Assembly: GCA_024679065.1 (NCBI GenBank)
Contig: JAGIQG010000014.1
Span: 6,820,001 to 6,884,000, forward strand
Direction of reading: 5' to 3'
Length of the DNA stretch: 64,000 bases
Origin: Sphyrna mokarran
Taxonomy: Eukaryota
Shown: positions 25,206 to 37,664 of the stretch, piece by piece
Numbering within the stretch: position 1 is the first letter of the stretch
Layout of the letters: every line of letters starts with the position of its first letter
Notes under the pieces: generated by a model
What the model was told of the DNA's origin: nothing
The model's input: the letters and a program-made list of their open reading frames with translations, nothing else
The model's database searches: none
Program-made: the position numbers and the translations under genes

Positions 25206-26479
25206 ACTATTTACTCGGAAATGGTGTACGAAGGAAAATGCCACAAAATGACGATTCCCCATCCCATAAAGGAATTAAAACGTTTGCTCAAGACAACCCC
25301 CAACCCCGACCCAATGACACCAGGCCCGTCTTTGCAATGACGTCATGTCCTATCCAACATCAACAGAGAGAACAAAAAAGCGCAGTTCACAAAAGAATGC
25401 AAATTCGTCGCTGCTGAACTGCTTTAATGTTTTACTTTTAACTTCGGAAAAGTATGCCTGTAATTGCTGAATTGAAATCGACATATACCTCATTTGAGGA
25501 TGCCAGAAGAATGTTGTATATTGCGGTCTGTGTCTTGAAGTAGCATACGTAAAACTTATTGATCAGCAACGAGAGAGAAAACTCAGTCTGTTAAACCTCT
25601 GAAACATTGGACAATGTGTTACTGAATAAGCCACTCCTACTGACGGCATAGTTTATTTAGATTTGCAATTGAACGTAAAGCAGCAATGCTAAATTGTGGA
25701 GGAATGAGAGTTTTTTTTGGAGTTTGGGGCGAGTGAATGGGGTGGGGGAGTTGTAAGGGAAGGGGAGTGTATGATTGGAGCCTGCAGGAGGTTGCAGCTT
25801 TCTCTTCAAAAGAGATGGGAAGTTTGTGTGTGGGTGGATGTGTGTGTTGGGGGCGCAGCAGATGGTGGAAAGGCCTTCAGCCTCAGGGATGCAAGTTTAG
25901 TCGTTGTTGACCTGCAGAGTGCAGATTACTGCCTACCCGTGGCCTTTCCCTAGGCACTGAGAGTCCTCCGACTGTAGGCCCAGGCTTCTCGGGCGTTTCC
26001 CTTTCTCTGCAAGTCGCTCTCGAGGAATCCCCGTCTCTGTGGCTTCAGCGCCCGCTGCTGCTCACATGTGGGCAGCTGCTTCGCGTCACTTCCAGTCGGG
26101 AGCCTCCAGGGTCCTAAGATTCATCAGTCATAACAAAATGCAATCAAACAATATTCGAGACTTTAAGAGAGTTGGAATGAAGTTTGAGAAGCGCAGAAGA
26201 AAAGTAAAAGACAGCTTAGAAAGTATGTGGGCACAGCTTGCAAGAAGTCGCCTCGCTCCGGCGCCATCTTGGAAGACAAATACGGATATGCAACGCTCTA
26301 TTTTAAAATAGGTTGAGTGCTTATCCTGGCACTCGCCCTTGAACCAGTATCCGTCGTGGTCATTGATGATTTAAATTGACTACTATTCGCCACTTAGTCT
26401 GAAAAGATGAACGACGAAGGATATCAAAACAGAAAAAAAAGAAAACAGTAAGCATGATTTACTATATTTCTGTTTGCAG

Positions 26480-26800
26480 TTGACATTGTAGCATTGTAAT
26501 CCCGAAATAGCAGTCCAGACACCGCTCGTATGGTGTGGATTGTGGGTTAGAATGCCTTCACGTTTTGGAATTTATAAACAATATTTTTTTTCAAAAACCG
26601 TGTGATGACTATGAAGGGATTGTCGTAAATAGATTTCTCTTTCACGTATCGCGCTAGAGAAGGGAACATGTTATCCTCATCTGTTGTGAAGTCCATCCAA
26701 CCCATCGCAATCTAGTTGACTGTTAAATGGGACGATATGACAGGAACAGTTAAATATACCGACGTCAGCAGCGCCCCCATCCTAGTAATGGATAAAAAGT
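26480..26800 (+). mobile_element. Decayed SacSINE1/DeuSINE-like SINE
   Basis: gatgactatgaa...gattgtcgtaaa...gaagggaacatgttatcctca...gttgact motif order. Confidence 0.5.
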
Positions 26801-27479
26801 GTTGCTCCCTCCCCCTCCTTAGTCTGTTTAATGATCCTTCGTGTGTATATAACACGAGTCTCTAACTGTTGGGTTTAATGTATGTACTCACTCTTCCTGA
26901 TATTACTGGTTGTTTTTGCAGCGATGTTACCCACATGACTCAGCATATTTTTGAGCAGTTGTTTTGCACATTACCATGCAAATTACATGTTAGTTGCTTC
27001 ATGCCTCGATCAGTAATTATTTCAGCACAGCGTCTGTGGATTTCAACCGGTAGGCGACATTAAACGGAGTGCATTCATTAACTTTCTGGCAAGCAATTCC
27101 AAATGGAGGGGCCCAAGTTGCTTGACTGGTATCTGCTCTGCATTTCCCCTTTCATTGCTGCAGCTGCCAAACTATATAAGAAAGTACCTGCTGCTCACTA
27201 ATGTAAAAATACAGCAATCAGCTGGAGGAAGTCATGAATCAACTGGTTAAACTGCACATTTTGGCATTCTCCACATTTTGAATAGAAATCAGATGCATGC
27301 ATGTTGACGAATTCTGAACAGGTGATTTCATCTAAAACAAAGTGGGACATAATAGATAAACGCACAATACTTTGATGAACTTGCCGTTTGGAGGGAAATG
27401 ACAAGAATTTAAAGATCAAAGGAATTTTAAACTCTTTCATTTGACATTAACGTAGGGGGTCGCATGAAGCATCAGGGTG

Positions 27480-28420
27480 CACCAGCCGTGTACATTAATA
27501 TTTGTGGTGTGAGGCTGCCTGTGGTCAAACGCGACTGTTGAAGTGTAAGGCACCAAATCTATGTAACAAAGCAACTATGCTGTAAGTCAGCATCACCAAG
27601 ATAAGGCAGTATCTGGTGCAAAGCAATTTCTGCATTTTAAGAGGCAACCAGTGTACAGTAGAACGTACGGTGTAATGCATTCGCTGCAGTGTGAGGCATA
27701 ACCAGGTGAGGTATACTTGTTATTTAAGGCGGATCCAGTAGTATCAGAAGATTACTGTGTGTAAGGTTCAACATATGGTGTAACTTAGCAACTGTGTGTA
27801 AGGTAATAGGTGTGACGTAAGGCACTACCTTTATTGCAAAACCTGTGTCATTAGTCCCTTCCTGCAATGTAAGGTACTACCTGCGGCACAAGGCAGCATT
27901 TTCGTTATGCGGCAGTTCGAACTTTGTAAATCTGTGTACGATGAAGAACCTGCAATGAAAGACACTTCCTGCAGTAAGGGCAATTCCTGTGGTGAAGGCA
28001 GTACCTGTGGAGTCTGGCAATATCTGAGGTGACATCATTCCCCGCGGTCTAAGGCAGTACCTTTGTTGTAACACAGCAACCACTGTGTAAGACAGTCCTT
28101 GAGGTTCCCAGTGGTACCAGTGTTATAATCCAGATCAGAAATTTCAAGGTGTTTGTATGAAGGTTGCCTGCATCACTGAAGAGTATCCACGATGCAAAGC
28201 AGGAGCTGTGGTGTAAGCCAATATCTGCAGTGTAAGGGCATTTGGATGATGCAACACAATACCTTTGGAGCAATCATTACCTGCAGTGTAAGGACGCTTC
28301 GGTGATGTAAGATGCAACTTACTACGTAAGGAAGCAGCTTCGGTGTAAGGGAGCACTTACGGTGTAACAGCAACTGCAGTGCAAGACTTCACTTGCGGTT
28401 TCCTATGGTACCTATGTTAT
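27480..28420. repeat. Degenerate 19-bp minisatellite, distal block of the gene 2 unit (short proximal remnant at ~29010-29230)
   Basis: Recurring gtgtaaggca/gtacct words. Confidence 0.75.
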
Positions 28421-28568
28421 AATGTATGTCAGAAATTTCAATTTCAGTTTAATACAGTTGGCCTGAATGATATGCTTTGCACATTGAATTTATCGCAGGT
28501 AAGCTTGAGATGTTTCACATTTAAGTATGACTTAACTTTGTGTGACAATCTCACCAGTAGTTTATTTA

Positions 28569-28650
28569 AGAATACAGATAATACATAGAAAAATAGCAGA
28601 TTAATTTTTAGAATATAGATAATACATAGAAAATTAGCAGATTAATTTTT
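28569..28650. repeat. 41-bp local tandem duplication
   Basis: agaatacagataatacatagaaaaatagcagattaattttt occurs twice with 2 mismatches. Confidence 0.85.
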
Positions 28651-29236
28651 AGCAATTACAAACAATAAAAGAAACAACCAAAATGTGAAATAAACCTTAA
28701 CTGCTCAATGTAATGTACAAACGCAACATGCGTACCGACATATGCCTCTAGCTTCGATTCAGCTCAAAAATTACGTTTGCCGAACGAATTTTCAGTTCTG
28801 CAAGGCTTGTGGTTGTTAGTTCTTAAGATGCCGCAATTCCAAATTTCCAAAAACTCCAAGAGACTGCTTTAGTCCCAGATTAAAAATAAACAAAACACAA
28901 TTTAATCATTTGAGGACCAATTAAATGGCATTATTCAGACAGTTCGGTGTCTGGTTATTATTGCAGAAAGCACGATTAAACATACATGTCTTAAAGCATA
29001 GTAGCACTACTTCTGCAGTGTAGTTACTTGAGGTTCAAAGCAGTTCCTGCAGAAAAGTGGTACCTATGATGTAACACAGAATTTTTGCCTGAAGGTACCA
29101 TCTTCACTGTAAGACAGTAACAACGATGTAAAGGATCATGTGTGTTGTAAAGCAGTAATTGTGGGGCTACACAATGCTTGCAGTGCAGGGCAGTACATCT
29201 GCTATGAGGCAGTGCCTATGGCGTCAGAAAGTAGAC

Positions 29237-29371
29237 ATGATGTGGAGATGTCGGGGTTGGACTGGGGTAAACACAGTAAGAAGTCTCATAACACCAGTTT
29301 AAAGTCAAACATGTTTATTTGGTTGTAAACGCCACTAGCTTTCGGGGCTCTGCCCCTTCGTCAGGTGAGTT
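29237..29371 (-). mobile_element. Penelope-like element terminal repeat (solo, ~135 bp) in the presumed 3' UTR of GPCR gene 2
   Basis: gtggagatg.cg..gttggactggggtaaacacagtaagaagtctc..aacacca...ctagctttcgg...ccttcgtcaggtgagt resembles a shark PLE terminus and carries a hammerhead core. Confidence 0.75.
29332..29368 (-). ncRNA. Minimal type I hammerhead ribozyme
   Basis: Minus strand reads UCAC-CUGACGA-A-GGGGC(AGA)GCCCC-GAAA-GC-UA^GUGG: core boxes, perfect 5-bp stem II, palindromic AGCU stem III and stem I UCAC/GUGG. Confidence 0.75.
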
Positions 29372-29584
29372 CACCAATGGTTCTGCAGTAGGCATTGGAA
29401 GATACAACGAAGAGTGGAACTGTGTTTCTGATGTCCATTATTTAAAGAGACACCATTTTTTTTGTGGCAGGAAGGTCGGCATTTAAATGTGTGCTTCACT
29501 ATTACCTGAACAGGAAGATTACATTTAATTTTGCATATTTTTGCAATGTCAGAATTATTCTGCAAGGAGATTTCACGATCTTCT

Positions 29585-30426
29585 TCAGCTCTTCCTGAAT
29601 TTAGCTTGCGTAGCTGCATAAATGCACGTGTTTGTGCATGGACTTAAATGGATGAGCATTGTTCCGGTTTTAGTGGCAATATATTCAGGGGATGTGTAAT
29701 TCGCTCGGACATGAACGACCATCCCACTGGCTAAATTACTAACGACCCTTGTCAGCCGCAACAATAGAAAGCTACTGGAAATAGTGAACAACAAAATAAT
29801 AGATTTCCTTCGGTTCTGTATCTCTGGATCATTCTGATTCTCGCTGCTTTGACCCCGGAGGCCCGCACGGACTTTGCTGGACAAAAAAATCGGTCTGATT
29901 GACAAAAAGTTACATAGTAATATCAAAATGAAGGGAACCCATGTCAATAAAATACTTTGTAACCAGCTGAATGCTTCACCAGTGTCAGATGTATAGAAAG
30001 CCTCGCTGGGGATGACACCCCATTGAATGCCATTTATTGTGGTTCTCTCTTCATATGCAAACCAAATGTACAAGTTCTGTAAATAGACAAGGGCCGTGAC
30101 TGTTGTTAAAACTGCAACCTCTGTTCTCGCTGTACAATAGATTGTTTTCAATTTTTTGCATATGGCAATGTATCGGTCAAACGTGAAGGAGACTGTAAAC
30201 GATACTGACATATACAGATTATTACAAAGCATATATATCATTAATTTGCAAATAACCGTATAGGAGAGGAATGAATTAGGAAAACGTTTTCTCAGAAGGT
30301 TATACAAAATTACATTGATGAGCATCACCAACAAATCTGCTGTTGCCATGGCCACCATGTAGATAGAGACATATCTGGAAAGGCCGCAATTTCCTTTGGC
30401 GAGTATCACGATGGTCACGAGATTCG
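29585..30426 (-). CDS. GPCR gene 2, exon 2: GPR139-like receptor with a C-terminal frameshift (possible pseudogene)
   Basis: 7-TM ORF with acceptor ttctcccccgttctacag|CG. A 1-nt loss at ~29594 (cc vs ccc) gives KFRKS* instead of KFREELKK... It also has W6.48>R, HLSP and a 1-codon ICL2 deletion. Confidence 0.85.
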
Positions 30427-30944
30427 CTGTAGAACGGGGGAGAAGAGCGAAGTAATGTAAACAGTCTGGTAACGTTCAAAAGCATACTTTAGCGAAATGT
30501 TTGTATGCATTTTTGCTCAGTTATTCACCTGGTCTTATTCTACTTTATAAGCGAGTAGAGGTGTTGAAATCGTTCACCATAATTCAATATTTAGGCACCT
30601 GCGATGTTGTCCCCATTGCAATAATTTAAGTCTAATCATTTCGACATTTTGAAGGGAAAAGCGCCGATTCAGTCTACAGAATCTGAATGGAAAGTTCCCC
30701 ACAGCATCATCGACAACAAAAAACCCAAGTCTAAAACGGGATCAGTTGTGATTTCGGAGTATTGAATAAAGCGGGTGACCTGAGATCAGCTTCCTTGCAT
30801 CTATATTAATTTAACCGCATTAAGCATCACCTCTCACTGGCCAGATACTCCACTCACCCTAAGTCGAATTCACACCTCATACCGCTTGCCCTAAGGAAAA
30901 TTCTCAGTAAGGAAATTACGGATTGCTCAATAATTTTGTCACTT

Positions 30945-31555
30945 CCTCAGTGTCCTAGGCTCAAACATCTTCAGCTGCTTCATCGTGATCTTTCTTTCAG
31001 TATAAGGTCAGAAATGGGAATAAGCATTGCTGACTGCACAATGTATAATATCACATGTCAATCTTCAGGTATCGAGGCAGCCGGTGTTCTAATGTGACAA
31101 GATCTGGACAATATATAGGTTTGGGCTGACAATTGGCAAATAATGGCTGTGTCACACAAGTTTCAGGGAATGACCGTCTACAACAATGCATAATTTAACC
31201 ATGTCCCCCTGATCAGATGGGACAGAAAACAGTCTATGTTTTTTCCAGCATTTCCTACTTCTGTCTCAAATTCCAGCACCCCCTGTATTTTGCTGATTTT
31301 TGCAAATGAATAGTGTCCACAAGTTCAGCGGCTAGGAATTGGGCATGAGTAACTGACCTCCTGTTTCCCAAAATCCTGTGCACTGTTTATAAGTTGATAG
31401 AGTGATGGAATTCTCTTCACGTTTCTGCACGAGGGAGTCTCCTAAGACAGGCAAGATGCTGTAGACAATGGAGGACCAAACAGACAGTTGGAATGCTAAC
31501 TGGTCCATAGCAGCCGTGAGCAGCATTTACAAGAAATCATCAGGCATCTTACATA
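30945..31555 (+). mobile_element. Old decayed CR1-group LINE in the gene 2 intron
   Basis: Paralog of 6345-7410 (cagtgtcctaggctcaaacatcttcagctgcttcatc). Confidence 0.7.
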
Positions 31556-31849
31556 ATACAGATTGTCACTGCAAATAAATGGCATACAGATCTATGAACT
31601 GTTGGAAGGACAGAGAATCAGCCTCGATCTCCGTAAATGTCGGGATGGGAGTTAAACTCCAGGTGTCACATTCTATAAGCTGAACGGCGGCTCAGAGGCC
31701 ATGCGAACCATTGAGATTCTTATTGATATTCAACAATTTATCTCGGTAGGGAAAAGACATTGCAATAATAATATTCTCGCATTCAGTTGTTGAATCAGTG
31801 TGCAGTGAGATCCTCCGCAACTACGAGACAACATAGTATATTGACTTAC

Positions 31850-31919
31850 CGGGAGCACCAAAAGCTGTCAGAACAGGATAGAAAAGTTCCTTGATCTGCA
31901 GAATTAATGGGCGAGCCAT
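31850..31919 (-). CDS. GPCR gene 2, exon 1 (MARPLILQIKELFYPVLTAFGAP)
   Basis: 70-nt exon, ATG to G|gtaagt donor. Not in the ORF track as such. Confidence 0.88.
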
Positions 31920-33599
31920 TGTGATTTCGAGAAGAATGCAAATATTTCACTAGATGCACCGTTGTATGTAAGATTTGTAATTCTCGCCCTTTTGTACTGT
32001 AATACGTTCCCCGGGGGAGGGGGGTGGAAATCAGGCTACGCGCTGATTGCGTCAGCTTCAGCAATTATCGCAGAAGGTCCCTTTCCTCTGGAGGGGATCC
32101 GGGTTGGCCAATTGACACACTGTCAGTCCATGAAATTAACATGAGTGAGCAGAAAGGAGTACCAGAGCACATATGTTCTGGGTACTCCCATTGACACAAT
32201 GTTTGATTCTGCGAGCTTCATCATGCTCTTATTTAAACGCACGCATCTAATGCACAGCTTGAATATATTTCGGTCCGGTTTCCCTAACTTTTCATTTCAT
32301 GTGCATTGTGATCCCTAGTGATGAATCGACCTTTTTACTTGTGACAATTAACTTATTTTCCCGTGTCTTTACTGCAATCTGAATTGTGGGAACTAAACTA
32401 TAAATTTACCATTACTGTTAATCTATCATTATCAATGATAACTGAACTTAAATATGTATGGCCTACTGAATCATCACTGGAGGTGATACTATTTCACAGT
32501 GTCCTGTGCCAAGGCTTGAAATATAGAGTAGAGGTTTGACATTATTCTTTACCATCCCTCTGATGCACCAGTAAGAATTTGAGACCCAGCGCTTGCACAG
32601 CTTGATGGACACGTTGCATCACTCTGAACGAGTGGCAGCAAGCTACTGCTGGCGATTGATCTCAGTGCAGCCGAGCTACAAATAAAATTTCAGAGTGCTT
32701 TGAAATACTTTATTGACCTTAACTTGATCTTTAACCATTTGAGATTTCAGTCAATCAACAAGCGATGAAAATAGTTCCGTGCCGTGTGGACACGATATTT
32801 CATCCATTAAAACTGTTTTTGCTGGAGTTTGCCCTGATCACTTGGCCACTTGGATAATAATGTTTATTATCAAATAAACATTTGATAATAAACCAAATGT
32901 TTATTATCCCTGGATGAACAATGCCTCCATTTTAAACTCCTGATCCTTCCATTCAAATCCCTCATGGCTACACTGCTGCCCATCTGTATCATGACTTCCA
33001 CCCAAAGATTTGCTAAGATTTACTATTCTGCCATTTTGGACTTTGCTTGAATTTGACATCCGGGATTTCAACTGATTTGGCCTAAAATTGCAAATCACGA
33101 GTTTCTTTTTCTACCAAAGCAACCGTCCACCTTTGAACACGACTTTGTTACGAGGTCCGATGTCTCCTTGCGTGGTCAGCGTCAGTATTTTTATCATGTT
33201 TTATATTGATAATTTGCTTAGCAAGAAAGTTGGAAAGCTGGTTACTTTAATGGATTTCAATGACAAACTGCTCTTATGACGAATAATAACAATTATATTT
33301 AACTCGATCTTGTGGATCTACACGAACAAACGAATAGGAATCATAGAGAAAGAAAAACAAATCTCATCTCAGCCTTTAGTAAGCTTATTTTAAGCTTCGA
33401 CTCCTCGTTCCAGATTTTCTTACGAGAAGATAGAGCCTCTTCACCTTCACTCATTAATGCCCCTCAGGATGTGAAAGATTTTGATCAAGTCATCCATATG
33501 CTTGGCAATTCTGGTGGGTACAAAGTTAACTTCTCCAATCTTCCATCATCGAAAAGCCAATTATTCCTGGAGTTCGTGTAGTCATCGATCATATGTTCA

Positions 33600-36290
33600 G
33601 CATTGAAGATCATCTTCATTTGTTACCCAGGCGTTGTGCTGACCGTACGTGGAGGTCTTTAATGAGCCCGATCTTAGTAGGTTCCAATGTAGTGAGGACC
33701 GGACAATGCGGCTTGCAGGTCGTCAGTGGCACTATTCTTACGGTTTTTGTTACGTGCCTTGTGCTTGACACTATCCATTACCTCTCGAGTACTGATGTAA
33801 TTTGGGCAATTACTCTCTTCCAGGCTCAGAGGTTCTAGTGAAGTGTCTTGCATGATACACTCTAGATGTTACAGTCTTGAATCATGACAGGCAATGTACC
33901 CTCGAAGCGTGTCTTCTGTGCGCTACTGAAGCGTACTTTATTCTTCAGTTCAGCACCGACGATTTGAGAGGGAATCAGTTGTCTGGCATTTTGGTGATTG
34001 CTTCAACTCATCAGAGTAGTTTTTTTTTCCCCATAAGGTTGTGAAAATCCTGACATTAATTGGTCTTCCGAGGACCTATGTGTCTGGGAATTTGTCCTCG
34101 ATCTTGATTTTGTGATGTTTGCTGAGGCAGCAAAGGTAGAAAAGATGAAGTTCACTTGGCTGCATTAAATCATCAGTGAGCTGCAGTTGGATGTGGTTGG
34201 TCTTCAAGCTTAAGATTTTCAGTCATTCGGTGATGGTATTCCTTTGAGGGCATCGCTTTAACTGAATCTTCAGAAATGCTTTGGAGACAACATACTTGTG
34301 CTCAATCCAACAGTTGCTGCCACGCGTTGTCTGAATAATTCTTACATAGAACATGGAACATAGAACATTAGAGCGCAGAACAGGCCCTTCGGCCTTCGAT
34401 GTTGCGCCGACCAATTATGAAAAAAACAATGACCCTCCAAACTAAACCATTCCCTTCTCTTCCATAAACTTATCAACTAACCTCTTAAACGCCACCAAAC
34501 TTGGCGCATCTACAACTGCCGCAGGCAGGGCATTCCACTCCCTAACCACCCTCTGGGTAAAGAACCTACCTCTGATATCCGTCCTATAACTATCACCCCT
34601 TAATTTAAAGCTGTGTCCCCTCGTGCTAGCTTTCTCCATCCTAGGAAAAAGGCTATCACTGTCCACCCTATCTAAACCTCTAATCATCTTATATGTTTCA
34701 ATAAGGTCCCCTCTTAGCCGCCTCCTTTCTAACGAAACAACCTCAAATCCTTCAGCCTCTCTTCATAGGACCTGCCCTCCATACCAGGCAACATCCTGGT
34801 AAACCTCCTCTGTACCCTCTCCAATGCCTCCACATCTTTCTTATAATGTGGGGACCAGAACTGCACACAATACTCCAAGTGCGGCCGCACTAGAGTTTTG
34901 TACAGTTGCAACATGACGTTGCGGCTCCGAAATTCAATCCCCCTACCAATAAAAGCTAAGACTCCATATGCCTTCTTAACAACCTTATCGACTTGACTGC
35001 CTACTTTCAGGATCTATGCACATACACCAAGATCCCTCTGTTCATCAACACTATTAAGAATCCTACCATTAGCCCTATACTCTACACATTTATTATTCCT
35101 GCCATAGTGCATTACCTCACACTTTTCCACATTAAACTCCATTTGCCACCTCTCGGCCCAGCTCTGCAACTTGTCCAAGTCTCTCTGCAAACTATAACAC
35201 CCCTCTTCACTATCTACCACTCCACCGACTTTAGCGTCATCCGCAAATTTACTAATCCATCCTTCAATACCCTCATCCAGATCATTTATAAAAATTACAA
35301 ACAGCAGGGGCCCCAAAACAGACCCCTGAGGTACACCAGTTGTAACCGAACTCCACGATGAATATCCCCCATCAACCACCACCCTCTGTCTTCTTTCTGC
35401 TAGCCAATTCCTAATCCAATTAGCTAAAACACCCTGTATCCCATACATCTGCATTTTCTGCAGAAGCCTTCCATGGGACACCTTAACATGGGACATCCTG
35501 TCTGCCATCTTTCCTGACAATTATGCAGTTCACGAGATTCGAAAGGCCAGCTTTTGGGTTGCTCTTTCAGGACGTCTGATTTTGACCTACGAGCCAGAAA
35601 CCTGCGCTGCTGAGAAGAAGTTCATCATCAGCGTTGAATTGCAAGCGTAGCTGGCCGTTGCTGTTGTTTTTCCTAAATGCGTTTTTCAGGATTACAACTC
35701 CCCAAGTTTGTGCTGACTCTCGCATTAAAATTAGCAATGTTTGCTCAACTTGTCAATATCGCTATAGTCAGAGAGTGGCATTTTCACAGAATCCTCATTT
35801 GATGAATTCAGGATTGGTTCCTCTGGGGGTGAAAACAATGATGATACATATATTGTTTCTTTTTTTGTTGTTTTACTTCCTGCCAGCCACTGGATTTTGC
35901 ATGATATGAGGCAGTGAATTTAATTCTCTAGAAGGTTGGTCAACTTGTTTAATAGTGCATTTTTTTAAAAATGCAAAATCCATATCAGCCTCGGGCCTAT
36001 CCTCTTTGGCTGAACAATTCCAGAATAAAGTGCATGCATCCCCTCTTTAACCGAATTGAAATTCCTCCTTCAGACACATTTTGCTCAGTGCGGTAATGTC
36101 AACATTGAATTGGGATGGCCTCTGCCTAGGAGGCCAGTTTTACTGTTCTGGTCTGTCAGCCTGGCTGTTGTCCACGAGAATGTGTAAATTCCTTACACCA
36201 ACAGTGAGATGTTTCACTTTTGTTCTCCTCTTTTTGATATTGCTGCCGTTAAACGGGCAGGGATGCCAAAGATGATTTTTTGTAATTCAG
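33600..36290 (-). mobile_element. Fossil RTE-clade LINE (internally deleted), interrupted by a CR1 insertion
   Basis: Homologous to 19450-19940 and 21660-22560. Confidence 0.7.
34344..35492 (-). mobile_element. Young 5'-truncated CR1-type LINE (family A), frameshifted
   Basis: GVPQGSVLGPLLFVIFINDLD...KFADDAKVGG, LVRPHLEYCVQFW and FFTQRVV motifs. Near-identical to 24458-25205 in opposite orientation. Confidence 0.95.
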
Positions 36291-37664
36291 GCAATGTTTA
36301 TTGCTTCATATTTATTTCACCGCTCAGAACTTCAAGGTGTATGTTATCTCTGGGAAACCTAACAAAAATATTATAATTATGGAACAGTGAAGAGAATTTC
36401 GAAGAGATCAACATTGGCGTGTCAAACCGGCTTGAAATGAACATTTCCCGTAGGCAGTAGAGCAAAATGGGAGTTCTCGCATTGTCCAGTTTGTAGACAC
36501 CACATCTGACGTCCGACAACACGAACATTCATGAGTATACTTAATGTCTATGTCACAACTGGACGTTACAGGGAAAAAAAAAGTGACTGTGACATGTATT
36601 ATGTTGAATCAACCATTACATTATCATAAAGGATTCGATCTGTGCTGCAGATATGACAGAATTTGAGATTGATTTTGTGACAGTTCCGCAGTGATAATGC
36701 TGACTCCAGTGGACGTACCGTGAATTTGGATCCACTATTTGAGAATGGTCACCGTGCTGCAACCCTGTGTCATCATGCTGATTACAATATATGTGCTTTG
36801 AATATGGGTTGGACTCATTCCTCAGGCGGAAAGAATAAACGAAGCTGACCAGAGCTTAGCACCACAGCTCCTTAACACAAGCACTTTAAATAGAATGAAA
36901 CATTCGGATTGTATTCGAGACTGAAAATTCAAGTACGAGTGCACAAGTCCGTTTCGTGAGCATTGATATGATTTTTTTGCCCATCCATTTCTTGCTTTGA
37001 AATTTACACAAACATCTATTACAGACATACTTCACGGTTATTATTTTGGGTTTTGTAACTATGCATGCTAAGGTTTCTTGGAATATTATGAACAGTTCAT
37101 TGCTACACATCTCCCTCATTAATTCTTTGCCGACTTACATCTATTTGTGTATAACATAATTATATGATTCTTAAAATTCACTTCATTTAATACCAATTTG
37201 TATTCTCTTTTCCAATATCGATTATATGTCTCAGGATATTATATTTCCACTGCCAAACAGATAAACTTGTTTCTAGAAAGATACTTTTATTTTTTGAATA
37301 ATATAATTGTAATTCACCCAATTATAGTGTTGCGAGTATTGATCTTTTCCTGTATAGTTTCTGTCAATTAAAACTGTGTTTTACAAATTAATTATTCTCA
37401 AAGTTATCAAATAATTCTATTTCTCTTTCTGAAGTTGATGTGTGAGCATCAAATTCTATACCTTGAAATAAATTGCATATTAATCCTGAAACTGACCCGC
37501 CTGCTGTAGACTCTCCTGATTTAATATGACGAATCTTCACTTTTTAATCGGAAAATGTGAACGATGAAAAATGCCACAAAATGACGAAAAACAGTAGTCA
37601 TAATACTGAGAAGTTTCAGGGTAGTTCTTTTTTGCAGTTGGCTTAGTAGTATTGTAATCCAGTA

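Noticed and set aside
33100-33600. L1/Tx1-like RT remnant (GNSGGYKVNFS), plus AT-rich blocks at 36300-37560 and 53400-54780
   Set aside because: Probably very old LINE debris, but too degenerate to call without a profile search.
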